The translations under genes were made by a program, and so were the position numbers. This document shows, one piece after another, positions 47,460-59,849 of a DNA stretch of 64,000 bases. Within the stretch, counting starts at the first letter, position 1; the number at the start of each line of letters is the position of its first letter. Below the pieces are notes generated by a model. The model did not search any database, was not told the origin of the DNA, and saw nothing but the letters and a program-made list of their open reading frames with translations. Source of the stretch: Utricularia gibba (lineage: Eukaryota > Plantae > Magnoliophyta); the NCBI GenBank assembly GCA_002189035.1, contig NEEC01000016.1, forward strand, positions 2,108,001-2,172,000, given 5' to 3'.

Positions 47460-50400
47460 GAGCTTTCCTGGAAATAAACGAAAACGAGAATTAAATAACA
47501 AAACTGGGTCACCTTCCACCAGGTCCTTCTTGCGCAAGTGACTGTCATGCCAAGCCTTTGTTTGTTCCTTGTACAGTTTTGCATTTTCGTAGGCACTCAT
47601 CCTTAGATCGTCCAGCTCTTGGAGTTGCAAGATCCTTTGATCTCCAGCAGCCTTGGCATCCAAATTTAATTCTTTGATAGCCCAATATGCCTTGTGCTCT
47701 AATTCCACAGGCAAGTGACAAGCTTTCCCATAAACCAAGCGATAAGGGGAGGTCCCTAAGGGAGTCTTAAACGCTGTGCGATAAGCCCATAAAGCATCAG
47801 TTATTTTGGTTGCCCAATCCTTGTGGGTTTTAGCCACCGTACGCTCCAGAATTCTCTTCAATTCCCTGTTAGTTACCTCCACTTGTCCGCAGGTTTGTGG
47901 GTGATATGGAGTTGATGCCCTGTGTCTCACTCCATACTTGCGCAAGAGCTTCCGGAATTCTCTTTCAATGAACTGTTTTCCTCCATCACTTATGACATAT
48001 CTTGGGGCTCCAAACCTAAGTAGAATGATCTGTTTGAAGAGCTTAATTGCGGCTCTTCCATCAGTTGCTGGAACTGCAATAGCTTCTGCCCATTTTGAGA
48101 CATAATCCACCGCCACAAGAATTTGAGTGTTGCCATAAGAAGATGGAAAGGGTCCCATAAAATCCAGCCCCCAAACATCGAAAATTTCCACCTCCAGGAT
48201 ATATGTCATGGGTCCTTCATCTCTCCTGGAAATAGAACCTGCATACTGACATGGTTCGCATGCTTGAACAAATGCCCTCACATCATGATTCATGGTGGGC
48301 CAATAAAATCTAGATTGAAGAATTTGAAAGATTGTTTTTGATGCTGCTGCATGCCCTCCATATGGTGATGAATGGCAGCGCCAAATAACGTCCCTTACCT
48401 CCTCTGGTGGTAGGCATCTTCTGATAATTCCATCAGCACAACGTTTGAAAAGCATAGGCTCTTCCCAGAAATAATCCTTCGCTTACGCAAGGAAGCGCTT
48501 CCGCTGGTTGAAGTTCAGATTCTGGGGCAAGACTCCTCCAACGAGATAATTGACAAAATCAGCATACCATGCCAGATTGCCATCTTGGACAGCAAGGATA
48601 CGTTCTATAGGGAAAGAATCATCATTGGGCAACTCCCCCACACTTGTTTCAAGCTGTAGCGTGACAAATGATCAGCCGCTTCATTTTCCTTGCCCTTTTT
48701 GTCACGAATTTCCAGATCAAATTCTTGGAGTAGTATCCATCTTATCAAGCTGGGTTTCGATTCCTACTTGCTCAAAAGATATTTCAAGGCAACGTGATCC
48801 GTATGAACAATTACCTTTGCACCCATCAAATAGGACCTGAATTTTTCAATGGCAAAAACAATTGCCAGCAACTCCTTTTCTGTGATTGTGTAGTTTCTTT
48901 GGGCTGCATTGAGAGTTTTGCTAGCATAATAAATCACATGAATTACCTTGTCTTTTTTCTGTCCAAGAATAGCCCTACAGCACAATCACTTGCATCACAC
49001 ATCAATTCAAATGGCAAGGTCCAATCTGGTGGTTGAAGAATGGGTGCAGTAATAAGAGCTTGCTTCAGCGTGTTGAAGGCGTGCACACATTCTGCATCAA
49101 ACCAGAAATCCACGTCTTGCGCAAGCAGCGCTGTTAGTGGGCGAGAAATGTGAGAAAAATTAGCAATAAATCTCCTATAAAATCCTGCATGCCCCAAGAA
49201 GATTCTGATCCCTTTTACCGTAGTTGGTGCTGGTAATTTTTCAATCACCTCGATTTTTGCTGGATCCACTTGAATGCCTTTTGAAGAAATGTGATGTCCA
49301 AACACAATGCCTTCTTCAATCATAAAATGGCACTTCTCCCAATTGAGTACCAGGTTGCACTCAATACACCTCTCCAAAATGATGCCTAAGTTCTGCAAAC
49401 ATGAATCGAAATCAGCCCCATAAACAGATATATCATCCATAAATACCTCCATGATCTTCTCCACGTGTTCTGAAAAAATAGCTGTCATGCAACGCTGAAA
49501 GGTTCCAGGAGCATTGCACAAACCGAATGGCATTCTCTTGTATGCGAAGGTGCCAAAAGGACAAGTAAATGTGGTCTTGTGTTGATCTTCCGGATGAATT
49601 GGAATCTGAAAATATCCAGAATAACCATCAAGGTAACAGTAGAAAGCTTGGTTACTTAACCTTTCCAAAATTTGATCAATAAATGGCAATGGATAATGAT
49701 CCTTTCTGGTGGCATCATTGAGTTTCCGAAAATCAATGCACATCCTCTAGCCAGTGACCTTGCGCAAGGGATGAGGTCTCCCTTCTCGTTTTGTGTCACT
49801 ATCATGCCTCCTTTCTTTGGTATGCAGTGCACGGGGCTAACCCATTGGCTGTCTGAACTAGAGTAGATGATATCAGCATCTAACAATTTCAAAATTTCAT
49901 TTTTAATCACCTCCTTTAGCATAGGATTCGCCCGCCTTTGTGGTTGCAAAATTGGTCTTGCTTCAGCTTCCAAATAAATTTGATGGGTGTAGAATTGAGG
50001 GTCAAGTCCTTTTAAGTCGTCGAAGGTGTACCCAATAGCTTGTCTGTGTTTGCGCAAGACATCCAGCAGCGTTTGGGTGTGGTATTCATTCAATCCTGTG
50101 TTAACAATCACGGGATAAGTGTGATCATCCTCAAGAAATTCGTACCTCAATGATGGTGGCAGCTTCTTCAACTCAATTTTTCCTCCAGCATCAAGTTTCT
50201 TCTTTGTTAGCCGAGCCATCATTGGTGTGTCATCTGGAGTGTCTTCTTATTCATCCTATAGAACATTTACTTCCTGAATTTCGCGCAGAAAAACTGCTTG
50301 GGCATGCTCCAGCGTTACAGCATCTTCCGCTTCCCCTTGTGCAAGCTTGTCGCAGTCAAATCGCTTCATTGCTTGATCAACATTGAACTCCAGTTCCTCT

Positions 50401-53400
50401 TCTCCAAATCTGAGTGTCAATTTCCCTGCTCTAACATCAATTAAGGCTCCTGCGGTTGCCATAAATGGTCTCCCGAAAATGATTGGCACCTCCACATCAA
50501 GTGCCATATCCAAAACAACAAAATCACAAGGAATAAAATATTTTCCAATTTTTACCGGTATGTTTTCTACCACTCCTTCGGGATTCTTCATGGATTTATC
50601 AGCAAATACCAATTGAATTTTCGTGGTTCTCAACTCTTCAAGATTCAGTGCTTTGAATAAAGAATAAGGCATCAAGCTGATACTTGACCCAAGATCATAT
50701 AAGCACTTCTCAAAATTGCTCCTTCCAATGACACAAGGGACTGAAAAAATTCCAGGAACGGCATGCTTTTGAATCAGCCCCTGTGTAAGAACCGTGCTGT
50801 ATTTCTTGGATAATTCAATAACATCATCATTCTCAATCTTCCTTCGATTGGCCAAAATATCCTTCAAGAATTTCGCATAAGTGAGCATTTGCAGCATTTG
50901 TGAGTTTGAGCGGCATTGTTCATCCTGCTTTCAAAAATACAAGTAGTCATACTGAGTTGCTCCATACGCTTACTTACCTCACTCACCTTCTTTAGCTTCT
51001 CCATCACTTCTTTATTAAATCCTTGTTGCTTTTCAATGAATTGCCCTAGCATATCTCGTAAGAATGGTCGTTGGGGCTGCTACTGGTTCTAATTTTGGTT
51101 TTGCCAAGTGTTGCCCCGATTTCCCCAATTGTTCCCTTGCGCAGGCACAGAGGTTCCTTGTGCGATTTTCCCTGAAAGTTCACAAAATTAGCATTCGTAC
51201 CTTCCTCTTCTGCCTCACTTTCTGTCTTCTCTGAGGCTGTTTAGACTTGAGCAATGACAGACTGTTTGAGACGGTAGTGTCACGTGGGTTGTCCCGAACT
51301 CCAGTTTTCGAATTCATTGCTGGTTGAGACCATTGTACCTGTCGTTTTGCAAACTCATCAATTACTTCCCAAGCTCTTCTAGGACTTACCTGGTCCATGG
51401 GTCCAACACCCGCATTCAGCAGTCCCTTTGCTTGTGCAGTCAGTCCATCATGAAAGCACATGATCATAGCAGCGGGGCTGAGTCCATGCTTATCCGTGAC
51501 TCGTGTAATTTCCTTAAATCTCTCCCAAGCTGCTGCTATTCCTTCTCCTTCATCCTGTGCAAAATTGGTGATCTCAAACCTGGTGTTAAAATACTTTGTG
51601 GGTTCAAAATATTTGTCCAAAAATGCATCCTCCAATTCTTCCCAAGTGTAAATGGAGTTAGGTGTCAAAGAGTCTAACCATCTCCTTGCTGATCCCCATA
51701 ACTAAAATGGAAATAAACGTAACATGATCACGTCATTGAAGACTCCTCGTTCCACCACCATGTTGCAATACCTAAGAAAAATTGCAATGTGTTCTTTGGG
51801 ATCCTCACCAGGTTCTCCACGAAATTGGCTTTGTTGCACCATGGTGATCAATGAAGGTTGGAGTTGGAATCTCCGCACGTTAATGGCTGGTGCACCAATG
51901 GGACCAGGCTTTCTCGTGTGTCGAAAGTTATCACCTAAAGGGACTTCATCCCAAGGATCAACAGCAAATCTGTTAGCATTCTGCTCCCTGCGCGATGGTT
52001 CCTCGCTTGCGCAGGTGGTTCCCTACGTATTGGTTCTGGTCCTTCCTCTTTGCTAGATGTTTCTTCAGCACGCACATTTCTCCTCGGCATCTGCCTTCGT
52101 CTTCCATGATTTTCCCTTTCAGGGTTTCCTGCAAATTCATACCCCTGCTCGCGATGAGGATTTTGGTTGTCACGTCGATTTGCTCCATTGTAACCCCAAC
52201 GGTCTTCTCCTTCCCACCTTGGAGGAGAGTTCACTCCTCACCTTGGAGTTCGTGGGTTGCTGTTCTGTTCATCATGATGTTGAGGTTCAAAAGCCCTGTT
52301 TCCTTGCCATCCTTGTGCAAGCGTTGATTGCAAACGGTTTTCATTTGTGCCTGCATGCCTGGGCCTTCCTAGACCACGTTCCAGCACCCTCTTGGTTCGT
52401 CCTGGGTCTGATAATGCACCCGTGGTCCCTTCTTGGAGAGTTTCCTTGCCTCGATTTGGTCTCAATCTTACTGCTGTTCGTTCTTGTGCAGGCTCTTGAT
52501 CGGATCCATCGCTACGCCTTCGATATGCCCCTGCACGATTAGCATCAAATCTGCCTATACTGCTCCTTCATTTATCAGCAAGGCTGATCCAATTGCCCTG
52601 TTTGACTGGTGTCTTGGCATCCGTGCTCGTTCGCTATCTGGTTCTGACATCACCAGATAGTCCTCCTCATGTCCAGAATGCCTTCTAGACATGCTTTCCC
52701 TACGTTGCGCTTGCGCTTGACGACCTTCCAACCTAATTCTCCGACAGGTCCGGTCAATTTCCAAGTCCAGCGGATACAGCTCGGTTAAAGCCCTGTGCCT
52801 GCGCATGCAACACTGATTTAAAAGCAACTGCTTGTGCAAGTGCGCTAAACAGAATGTCTCGAAAATAACAGAAAAATAAGAAAAAATCAGAAACAAAATC
52901 TGAAAAGAAATTCCAAAGGAATACAACTCCCCGGCAACGGCGCCAAAAACGTGATGGTAATTCTGTAAGTACACAGAAACCGTCGAAGAAATAAAATAAG
53001 ATCGTATCCACAAGAAATTGTTATTGAAATTTTCTTCTCAAAACAAAGAGTTAAAAAAATTGAAAACAAAAGAAAGATTTGGTTTTGAAGACAATAAGAA
53101 AAGTGGCCTTGGATCTAAGATCCACCTTACTTGAAACTCGCCCTTGCGCGTGTGCAAACCTTGAGAACTGATCTGCTTGCGCAAGCTTTGGGGGTGTTAT
53201 GCTAAAGTAGTGCTAGTCGGTGACCATTATAGCACCATCCCTTCTTTTGTGGGATTATGGAATCAACTACGCCACTAGAACCATTTCACCTCTTGTGATA
53301 ACCTATGTTTTCCCCACACCCAAATCTAACCCCTACACCTCACACCTCGTAGACAGATTAGACAAAATGTGTCTTACCAACGATGTCCGATTGAGCCCTT

Positions 53401-54148
53401 CTCCTTAGGTGCTTGAGGCCGATCTTTGATTCTCCCACACTCCCTTAGGGTTATATGGTACTAAAGATCACGTTGGTAAAGAAAACGTTGCGAAAAACAG
53501 AATTAGACCTCAAATTAAATGCTGAAAAACATAGTAAGACAGTCATGCGCGCAGGACTTGCGCAAGCAAGACTTCAGAGCAGATCCTCAGCCGCAAGCGC
53601 TCACACGCACATGCTTGACTCTAAACAACAAAAGTTGATGAAAAACGAAGTGAAAGGAATCCAAAACATGCTAGACTTGACTCTAAACCCTAGATTGACT
53701 CTCTGGTCGTCCACCACTTGACTCCCTTCTTTTAGGTCTTCGCGTTTGGATATTTATATAATGGTGGGGATTTGTCGGGCTTCCTTGATGGGCTCACATC
53801 AAATCTTCTATCCGAATCTTCTAAAATTTGATACAAATCTTCTAGGATGAGATCCAAGTTTTCCAAGATAAAATGCGAATCTTATCTTATCCGAGAATCT
53901 TTGACCGAGTCTTCATCTCCGAATAGACCAAATCTTATCCTCCATCAAAGTAGCTCGAAAATCCTCCAAATTATTCCAAATTCGTCCTGAAAAATCACAA
54001 TACACACTTCCCCTCCAAAAAGATCACAGTGGTATGAAAGATATAAAATTCTTTTAAAAACATAAAGAAAGTGGGATAAAAAGAATGCAAAACTCATCTA
54101 AAAAAGTCCTAAAAAACACAAATATAAATGGCACAAAATCACTTATCA
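47460..54148 (-). mobile_element. Athila copy C: 5' LTR (52952-54148), PBS, gag-PR-RT-RH-IN; 3' end deleted
   Basis: PBS tccccggcaacggcgcca (52928-52945, reverse complement). gag LYPLDLEIDRTCRRIR and [104 protein letters not shown]. Several frameshifts. Confidence 0.96.
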
Positions 54149-54974
54149 GAACCGAACAAAAAACATACGGTTCTGAAGTCGAAACTAGAACCGAAACCGT
54201 AAGGATGGAGATTTTTCAAAACTGGAACTGTCGGTTTCGGTTTGAACTGATCGCACCTCTAGGGAAGATGCATAGATGACGAGAATTAGGGTAGAATTTG
54301 GTTTGATAGGAATGACTAATCTTACTCAAATTGGGAATAATTTGAATTAGTAACCCAAATGTTGAAGCAATGTAAATTTACTTGATTTTCAAATAGTAAG
54401 AACCAAATAGTGTATACAAAAAAATGTTTAATTTTAGAGATTAATTATATCTCATATGTTAAAAACTAAATATGTAAAATAGTTGAGATCAATTTTAAAA
54501 ATGGAGCATAATTTGTATCAAATAGTTAGGGTTATTTTTATCATTAAATTAAGTAATAGGGATTTATGACGTAATTATCTCATCACATATTTGAACTATT
54601 TCGTAAAAACAAAAACAGAGATTAAAGAAAAACAGCAACAGACCAAATTCGCCCAAAACGCGTTTGAAAAATACAATAAATTCTTATTCGAGGAATCACT
54701 GAGCATCGCCTCTAGTTGTAGCATTTAAAAGTAGCCACGAAGAATCAAATCCTCCTCAGGGTTCCGGTTGCAGCGTTCAAAGTCAGAAGTCTCCCACGTT
54801 GCTTCTCCTAGCAGAATTCGCACCGTCATCTCCAAGGTACTTTGACAACAGCTTTCTCCTCCGCGAGTTGAATCGGATCAATTTTTGCTTTGGTTTGTGA
54901 AAATTCGGATTTATCCAGTGAAAAGAACTTTTTTGTTGATCCTTCGCTTCAATTGGAAGTGAGTTTCACAGAAG

Positions 54975-56310
54975 ATGAGTGACAACTTGAAGGATAAAGT
55001 AAGCCAGCTAGGTGGGCGATTGAAGGGCTCAGAGGTCGGGCAAAAGATTACTGCCGGAATGACCTCAGTGAGCGTCAGATTCAAGGAGTTGTTCCATAGC
55101 TCGAATCAGACCGACAAGCTTGTCGAGGAAGCCACCTCGGAGGCACTGGATGAACCTGAATGGGGTACCAATCTCCGTCTCTGTGACATGGTGAATCACG
55201 AAACAATCAACGGTGCGGAGCTCATTAGGGGAATTAAGAAAAGGATCGCCTTGAAAAACCCTAGAATTCAGTACTTGGCACTTGTATTGCTCGAAACTGT
55301 GGTGAAAAACTGCGACAAGGCTTTTTCGGAGGTTGCAGCCCGAGGGGTTATTGATGAGATAGTTAAGATGATCGACGATCCCCAGACTGTGCTCAACAAC
55401 CGGAACAAGGCCCTCGTGCTCATTGAATCCTGGGGGGAATCGTCGGATGAGCTACGGTACTTGCCTGTTTTTGAGGAGACCTACAAGGTAATCCTTCAGT
55501 TACTCCCAGGTCAGTAGATACTGAGTGCGCCTTACGCTTGAATGTTTTGTTCTTCATACAGAGTTTACGGTCGAGGGGAGTGCGGTTTCCTGGTCGTGAC
55601 AACGAGAGCCTGGCTCCTATTTTCACCCCGCCAAGATCAGTTCCAGAAACCGAAGCCACCCCTGGGGACCAACTGCATTATGACATCCCTGTTCAAAGCT
55701 TTTCAGCTGATCAAAGAAAGGAAGCATTCGATGTTGCAAGAAACAGTGTGGAGCTTCTAAAGACCATCCTTTCCTCTTCTCCTGAGCAAGATGCTCTGCA
55801 GGTACATCACCCTGGTGCAACCTTGATCAATCGTTTCTAATCCGTGCAGATCATTGCATAAGTTTGCCGCAACTGATTTTGATTGTTTTGCAGGATGACT
55901 TGACCAAAACTGTGTTGCAACAGTGTCGTGAGTCTCAGTACACAGTTCAAAGGATCATTGAAACAGCTGGAGATAACGAGGCGCTGCTTTTTGAAGCGAT
56001 AAACGTGAATGATGAAATCCAGACAGTTGTATGGAAATATGAAGAGATGAAAAAACATGGTGTGGGTAGTAAGATGCCCCAGCCAGCTGTGATTCCTGTA
56101 GCCGTTGAACCTGACGAATTCCCAATGGAAAAAGAAGATGCTCTAATCCGGAAGCCTTCCAGTGCACATCCTAGAAGTCAGGGAGCCAGTAGCAACGATG
56201 ATATGATGGATGATCTTGATGAGATGATCTTTGGTGGGAAAACTGGTGGCACATCACAAGCAGATGCAAAAAAAAAACCGGGCACTAAGGATGATTCGAT
56301 ATCATTCTGA
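54975..56310 (+). CDS. TOL1: TOM1-like protein (VHS + GAT domains), TOL1-type ESCRT-0-like ubiquitin adaptor; 389 aa; exons 54975-55487, 55562-55801, 55894-56310
   Basis: VHS domain (DKLVEEATSEALDEPEW..RIQYLALVLLETVVKNC..RYLPVFEETYK), GVRFPGRDNESLAPIFTP, GAT domain (EAFDVARNSVELL..DDLTKTVLQQCRESQ..LFEAINVNDE), C-terminal DMMDDLDEMIFG..ISF*. GT-AG introns of 74 and 92 nt, both phase 0; no internal stops. Probable 5'UTR intron 54837-54971. Confidence 0.93.
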
Positions 56311-57884
56311 TGGAACAGCATTTGGATATGTGTAGAAACTGACGAGGCTTCAGGTGTTGTGATACCTGAGCTATGTCAATATCTATTTCATTGGTTATGG
56401 TAGGAAACTTTCGCTTCTGTTGTGAAGGAGCATGCATATTCCTGTATTTTTACAGAAACAGATCACGCCCATAAGACAGTTGTTACATCTTGGATAGAGA
56501 AGTAGAACCAACCCACGATTGATGCCACATGCTCCACTGACAGACTGCGTCAAAACGAATCCTTATGCAGATGACATTGGAAGCACTGCGTTAAGTCTAG
56601 TGATGATGGTCTTGCACGAACCCTAAAGCACACTACTTGCATACAGCAGGCTCAGCCTTTTCAACAGACATGAACTCAATGAAACGAAGAAACTTGGTGT
56701 AAATCATGAAGAAATTTGGTTTTTGTTGGAAAGAGGAAAGATCAAACAGTTCCTGCTTCACCGGCAACAATCCTTCCTTCCTACTTTTATAGGTGGAACT
56801 TCATTACTCAGTTCCATTGGGTACGCTTCTTAATAAAATCCTGCATCATTCAGATGCAAATCATATTCAAGCAGCTACAAATAGACACGCTGCAAGGCTC
56901 AATTCAAGTCACCAACGCCCACAAAGGAGCAGGCCGTACTTCTCTTCAAAAGGAGGCAGCAGTCGATGGCTGTGCACAATTGCGATTGATTCATCACTCA
57001 CATCCATAGCACTACAAAGAAAGCATTCACCAAGTTCTTTACCATGTTTGCTTCTGTTTCAAAATTAGGTTAAAAAAAAAGATAACCTAACTATTTATAG
57101 TATGTTAATCAATTTGATATTTTTTATTTGATTATTAGCAAAATCACAAACTTACAATTTCAAACATGTTAATTTACTAGATTATCATAATGAGCATTTA
57201 TTCTTCTATTAAAGAAACCACCTGATCTATTGTATTAACGTCGTTAGTGGAAATGTAATACAAACAAGTGCATTTTAGTGGTCAAATCCTCTATGAATAC
57301 TTTCTCCTCATTATTTCAAATCTCATTTTTTTGTCTTTGCGATTTTTGAAAACTAATTCAACATCTGTAGATGCTCAATCACACTTAAAAGAAGGAATGA
57401 TGATCAATACTCAGTCACATTATGCAAGTGAATTTGAAACTAAGTACATGTAATAACCATTAACACATGGCAATGACCGTGAACAAAAGAATACCGACTC
57501 CAAGATCGAGCGTTACACTCGGCATCAAGGATTTATACAAAAGACAACCAAAAGTAAATGATTTCTAGTTGTCATAAACACTACGTCACAACCAAAATAA
57601 AGGATTTGATAGATATGGGAATTTTGATGACCATACAATAATTTACATTGGGTTTGGCAATAATGATGATGATATGTATTAAATTCTTGATAAAAAAAAT
57701 GAAAGCATTTATTTTCTGCTTATATTTTAACAATAGTTCAAAAGATTGAAAAGGAAACAAAAGATTGCTTTTAAAAACAATATGAAAAATGATTTTAAAT
57801 ATAAGTTCCAACTTATTACAAATTTGCTCATTGTAAAGCTGATCTAATTGCACAAGTTCTTAGAATGTTATTCTAAAATAATAC

Positions 57885-58460
57885 TATTCGGTAACCGTTA
57901 TAAATTTCGGTTTCAATTTCGATTCAAAACCAGATTATGAAACCTTGAACACAACCGAAAACATTGAACTGAATCAAAACTGAATCTGAATGCTTACCGT
58001 TTAAATGAATGATATATTTTCCAGACACTCATACGAGTTATTGTACGTGTCTCCAAATGAATCTCGATTATGTAAAACCGTTTCTAGATACCCTTAACAG
58101 TCGTGTGGGTATGTAGAATTGATTTCAAGTATCCTTAGAAATCATAATAGAAGCTTGAGAAATCTATCGATAAATTTAAATTAAAAAAATATATACTCAA
58201 TTTTCTATATAATTAAAGATTGATTGAAAATATAAAATTAAAATAGAAAATTATTTAGAAGCACTTACAATGGACCATATAGATGATCCGAGTAAGCCTT
58301 TCTGACATCTATTGTACTCATAATAATTTACGATTTTGAATTGACGGTTCAACAGTTCCAAATATATTGAACCGAATCAAAATTGTGCAGTCAATTGGAA
58401 CCGTATGCATGCTCACGTCCCAAAACCAAACCAGAACCTGAAGGATGGTTTCAATTCAAA
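57885..58460. repeat. Two clusters of AACCG/CGGTT motifs, probably hAT-type subterminal/MITE remnants
   Basis: Motif-dense patches at ~57885-58005 and ~58340-58460 resemble those inside the hAT ends at 38410 and 54150-54245. No TIR or TSD found. Confidence 0.4.
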
Positions 58461-59039
58461 TTGATTACAACACTATGTAGTTATTTGAGTCAAGAGTGTT
58501 ATGGGTTCTACGCACTAACACCTTTACGCGTCTATGTAGAAGGAGAGTATGATGGGTATAATGGCTTGGAGGATGGACAAGCGAAGTGACCAAACGTGGC
58601 TTCCACGAAGTCTTTGTGAGCACTCAAGGCGTTACGATTGCTAGTAGTATTATGAGGGTTGTAGTTCGTTGTAAGAACATAGACAAGATTCCCTTTTGAA
58701 TATCTACAAACGATGAGGGCTTATGCTCTCCCTTTATACTTAATGTCATGCATACATGGGGATGGTATCTAACTAACCCAGTCGCCTGATCCATGTGAGG
58801 GATGGAGGGGATAGGGATCATCTCCTGCCTTCCTCATTCGCATGTTACTATTAGGTGGTGGGAAAGGGCTTCATTCTTCTTGTGAAGGGAGAAGAGGTCT
58901 TTTATTTTTTTCTTATGCCATTGCTTGTGGTTGTACGAAGTCAGGACTGACATCCCTTTATTGAATGATGCATGTTCCTATGAATGAGGTTTTAGTTGAC
59001 CTTATGAGCTCCAGCCTTGAATACTTCAACCAGAACCAA

Positions 59040-59330
59040 TTCACATTCGTTGGTGGTTTTGTTTCGAATCTTTTTTTTTTTTCAACCCTTGGAGCTTCAA
59101 ACATCTAGCCATATGTCTTCTCAAGTGTGTAGTTGTCTCTATTTTCTGCTTTGCATTATCCTCATCACAATATTTACATTCGTACTTCATTCTACCTTTC
59201 GATTTATTATCTTTTCTCTCAATAAAAAACTCCAAACTTCAAACTTCTTACTAATTTTTCTTCTTATCAAATGAATTTTTTAGTGTATCACGATCATCTT
59301 CATCATCAACAACCCCTGTTTCAACCCTTT
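59040..59330 (-). pseudogene. BED zinc-finger fragment of a hAT-type transposase
   Basis: With one frameshift: SKKFEVWSF-FIE..YECKYC..TTTHLRRHMARC (W..F..CxxC..L.RH...C BED pattern). Not followed by a transposase core. Confidence 0.75.
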
Positions 59331-59849
59331 CTTCTTTATTAATTTTAAATGCAAATATTTGAGTTAATCTATTTTCTCTATTTTCAAAATTTGATTTAGA
59401 AACAGTTAATCAAGTTTGCATCTTGAAAATTTGAGTTGAGCAACAAAAAAAATTTAAAAAAACACCTTGAGATTGAGAGTTTGTTGTTCAAATAAGAGTA
59501 TATGTAAAGATGAAGCATAAAAAAAGCAGAAAAAAGGAAGAGCAATTGCTCGCGCGGTAAAAATTTTGCTCAGAATTTAGATTCTTCACCAAAACTTACA
59601 ATTGACGGGACATAATACTCATTGCTCGCAAGCATAGAACCTTGTCTAGATATGTTTGAGTTTGGATGGCAATTATTTCGAACTTGATCACGAACTTCCA
59701 TCGAGGCAGCTCGTTTGGATCGCAAGCTAGCTGGAATGGAATAGTTTTTAGCCGTACTTGAAATATGAATGTGAGCAAGGGCCTGGTGGCCCAAGTGGGC
59801 AAGGCAGGTGCCTAAGAGCATTGGGAGCTCTAGTGATGGTTATGGCAAA

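Larger units (their letters stand above)
38382..54261 (-). mobile_element. hAT DNA transposon with nested retroelements
   Basis: 11-bp perfect TIRs TAGAGGTGCGA (38382-38392) / TCGCACCTCTA (54251-54261). 8-bp TSD gggaaggt (38374-38381) / gggaagat (54262-54269), 7/8 match. AACCGAA/TTCGGTT subterminal motifs inside both ends. Transposase remnant inside. Confidence 0.9.

Noticed and set aside
4788-52945. tRNA-complementary 12-20-mers at 4788, 10593, 23576, 40418, 43766 and 52928
   Set aside because: These are retrotransposon primer-binding sites, not tRNA genes. No rRNA, tRNA or CRISPR array was seen in the window.
56880-56910. Partial resemblance to miR397 (attgag..tgcagcgt on the minus strand) and a miR169-like stretch near 56760
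   Set aside because: The match needs a 3-nt insertion or many mismatches, and no precursor hairpin is evident.
59040-59330. BED finger as the missing N-terminus of the hAT transposase at 38500-39883, which would put TOL1 inside the transposon
   Set aside because: The hAT is closed by its TIR and TSD at 54261-54269, so the BED fragment lies outside and belongs to another element.
59570-59830. GC-richer segment with two overlapping minus-strand ORFs next to the truncated Tekay integrase
   Set aside because: No recognisable protein or RNA motif; probably a fragment of another repeat.
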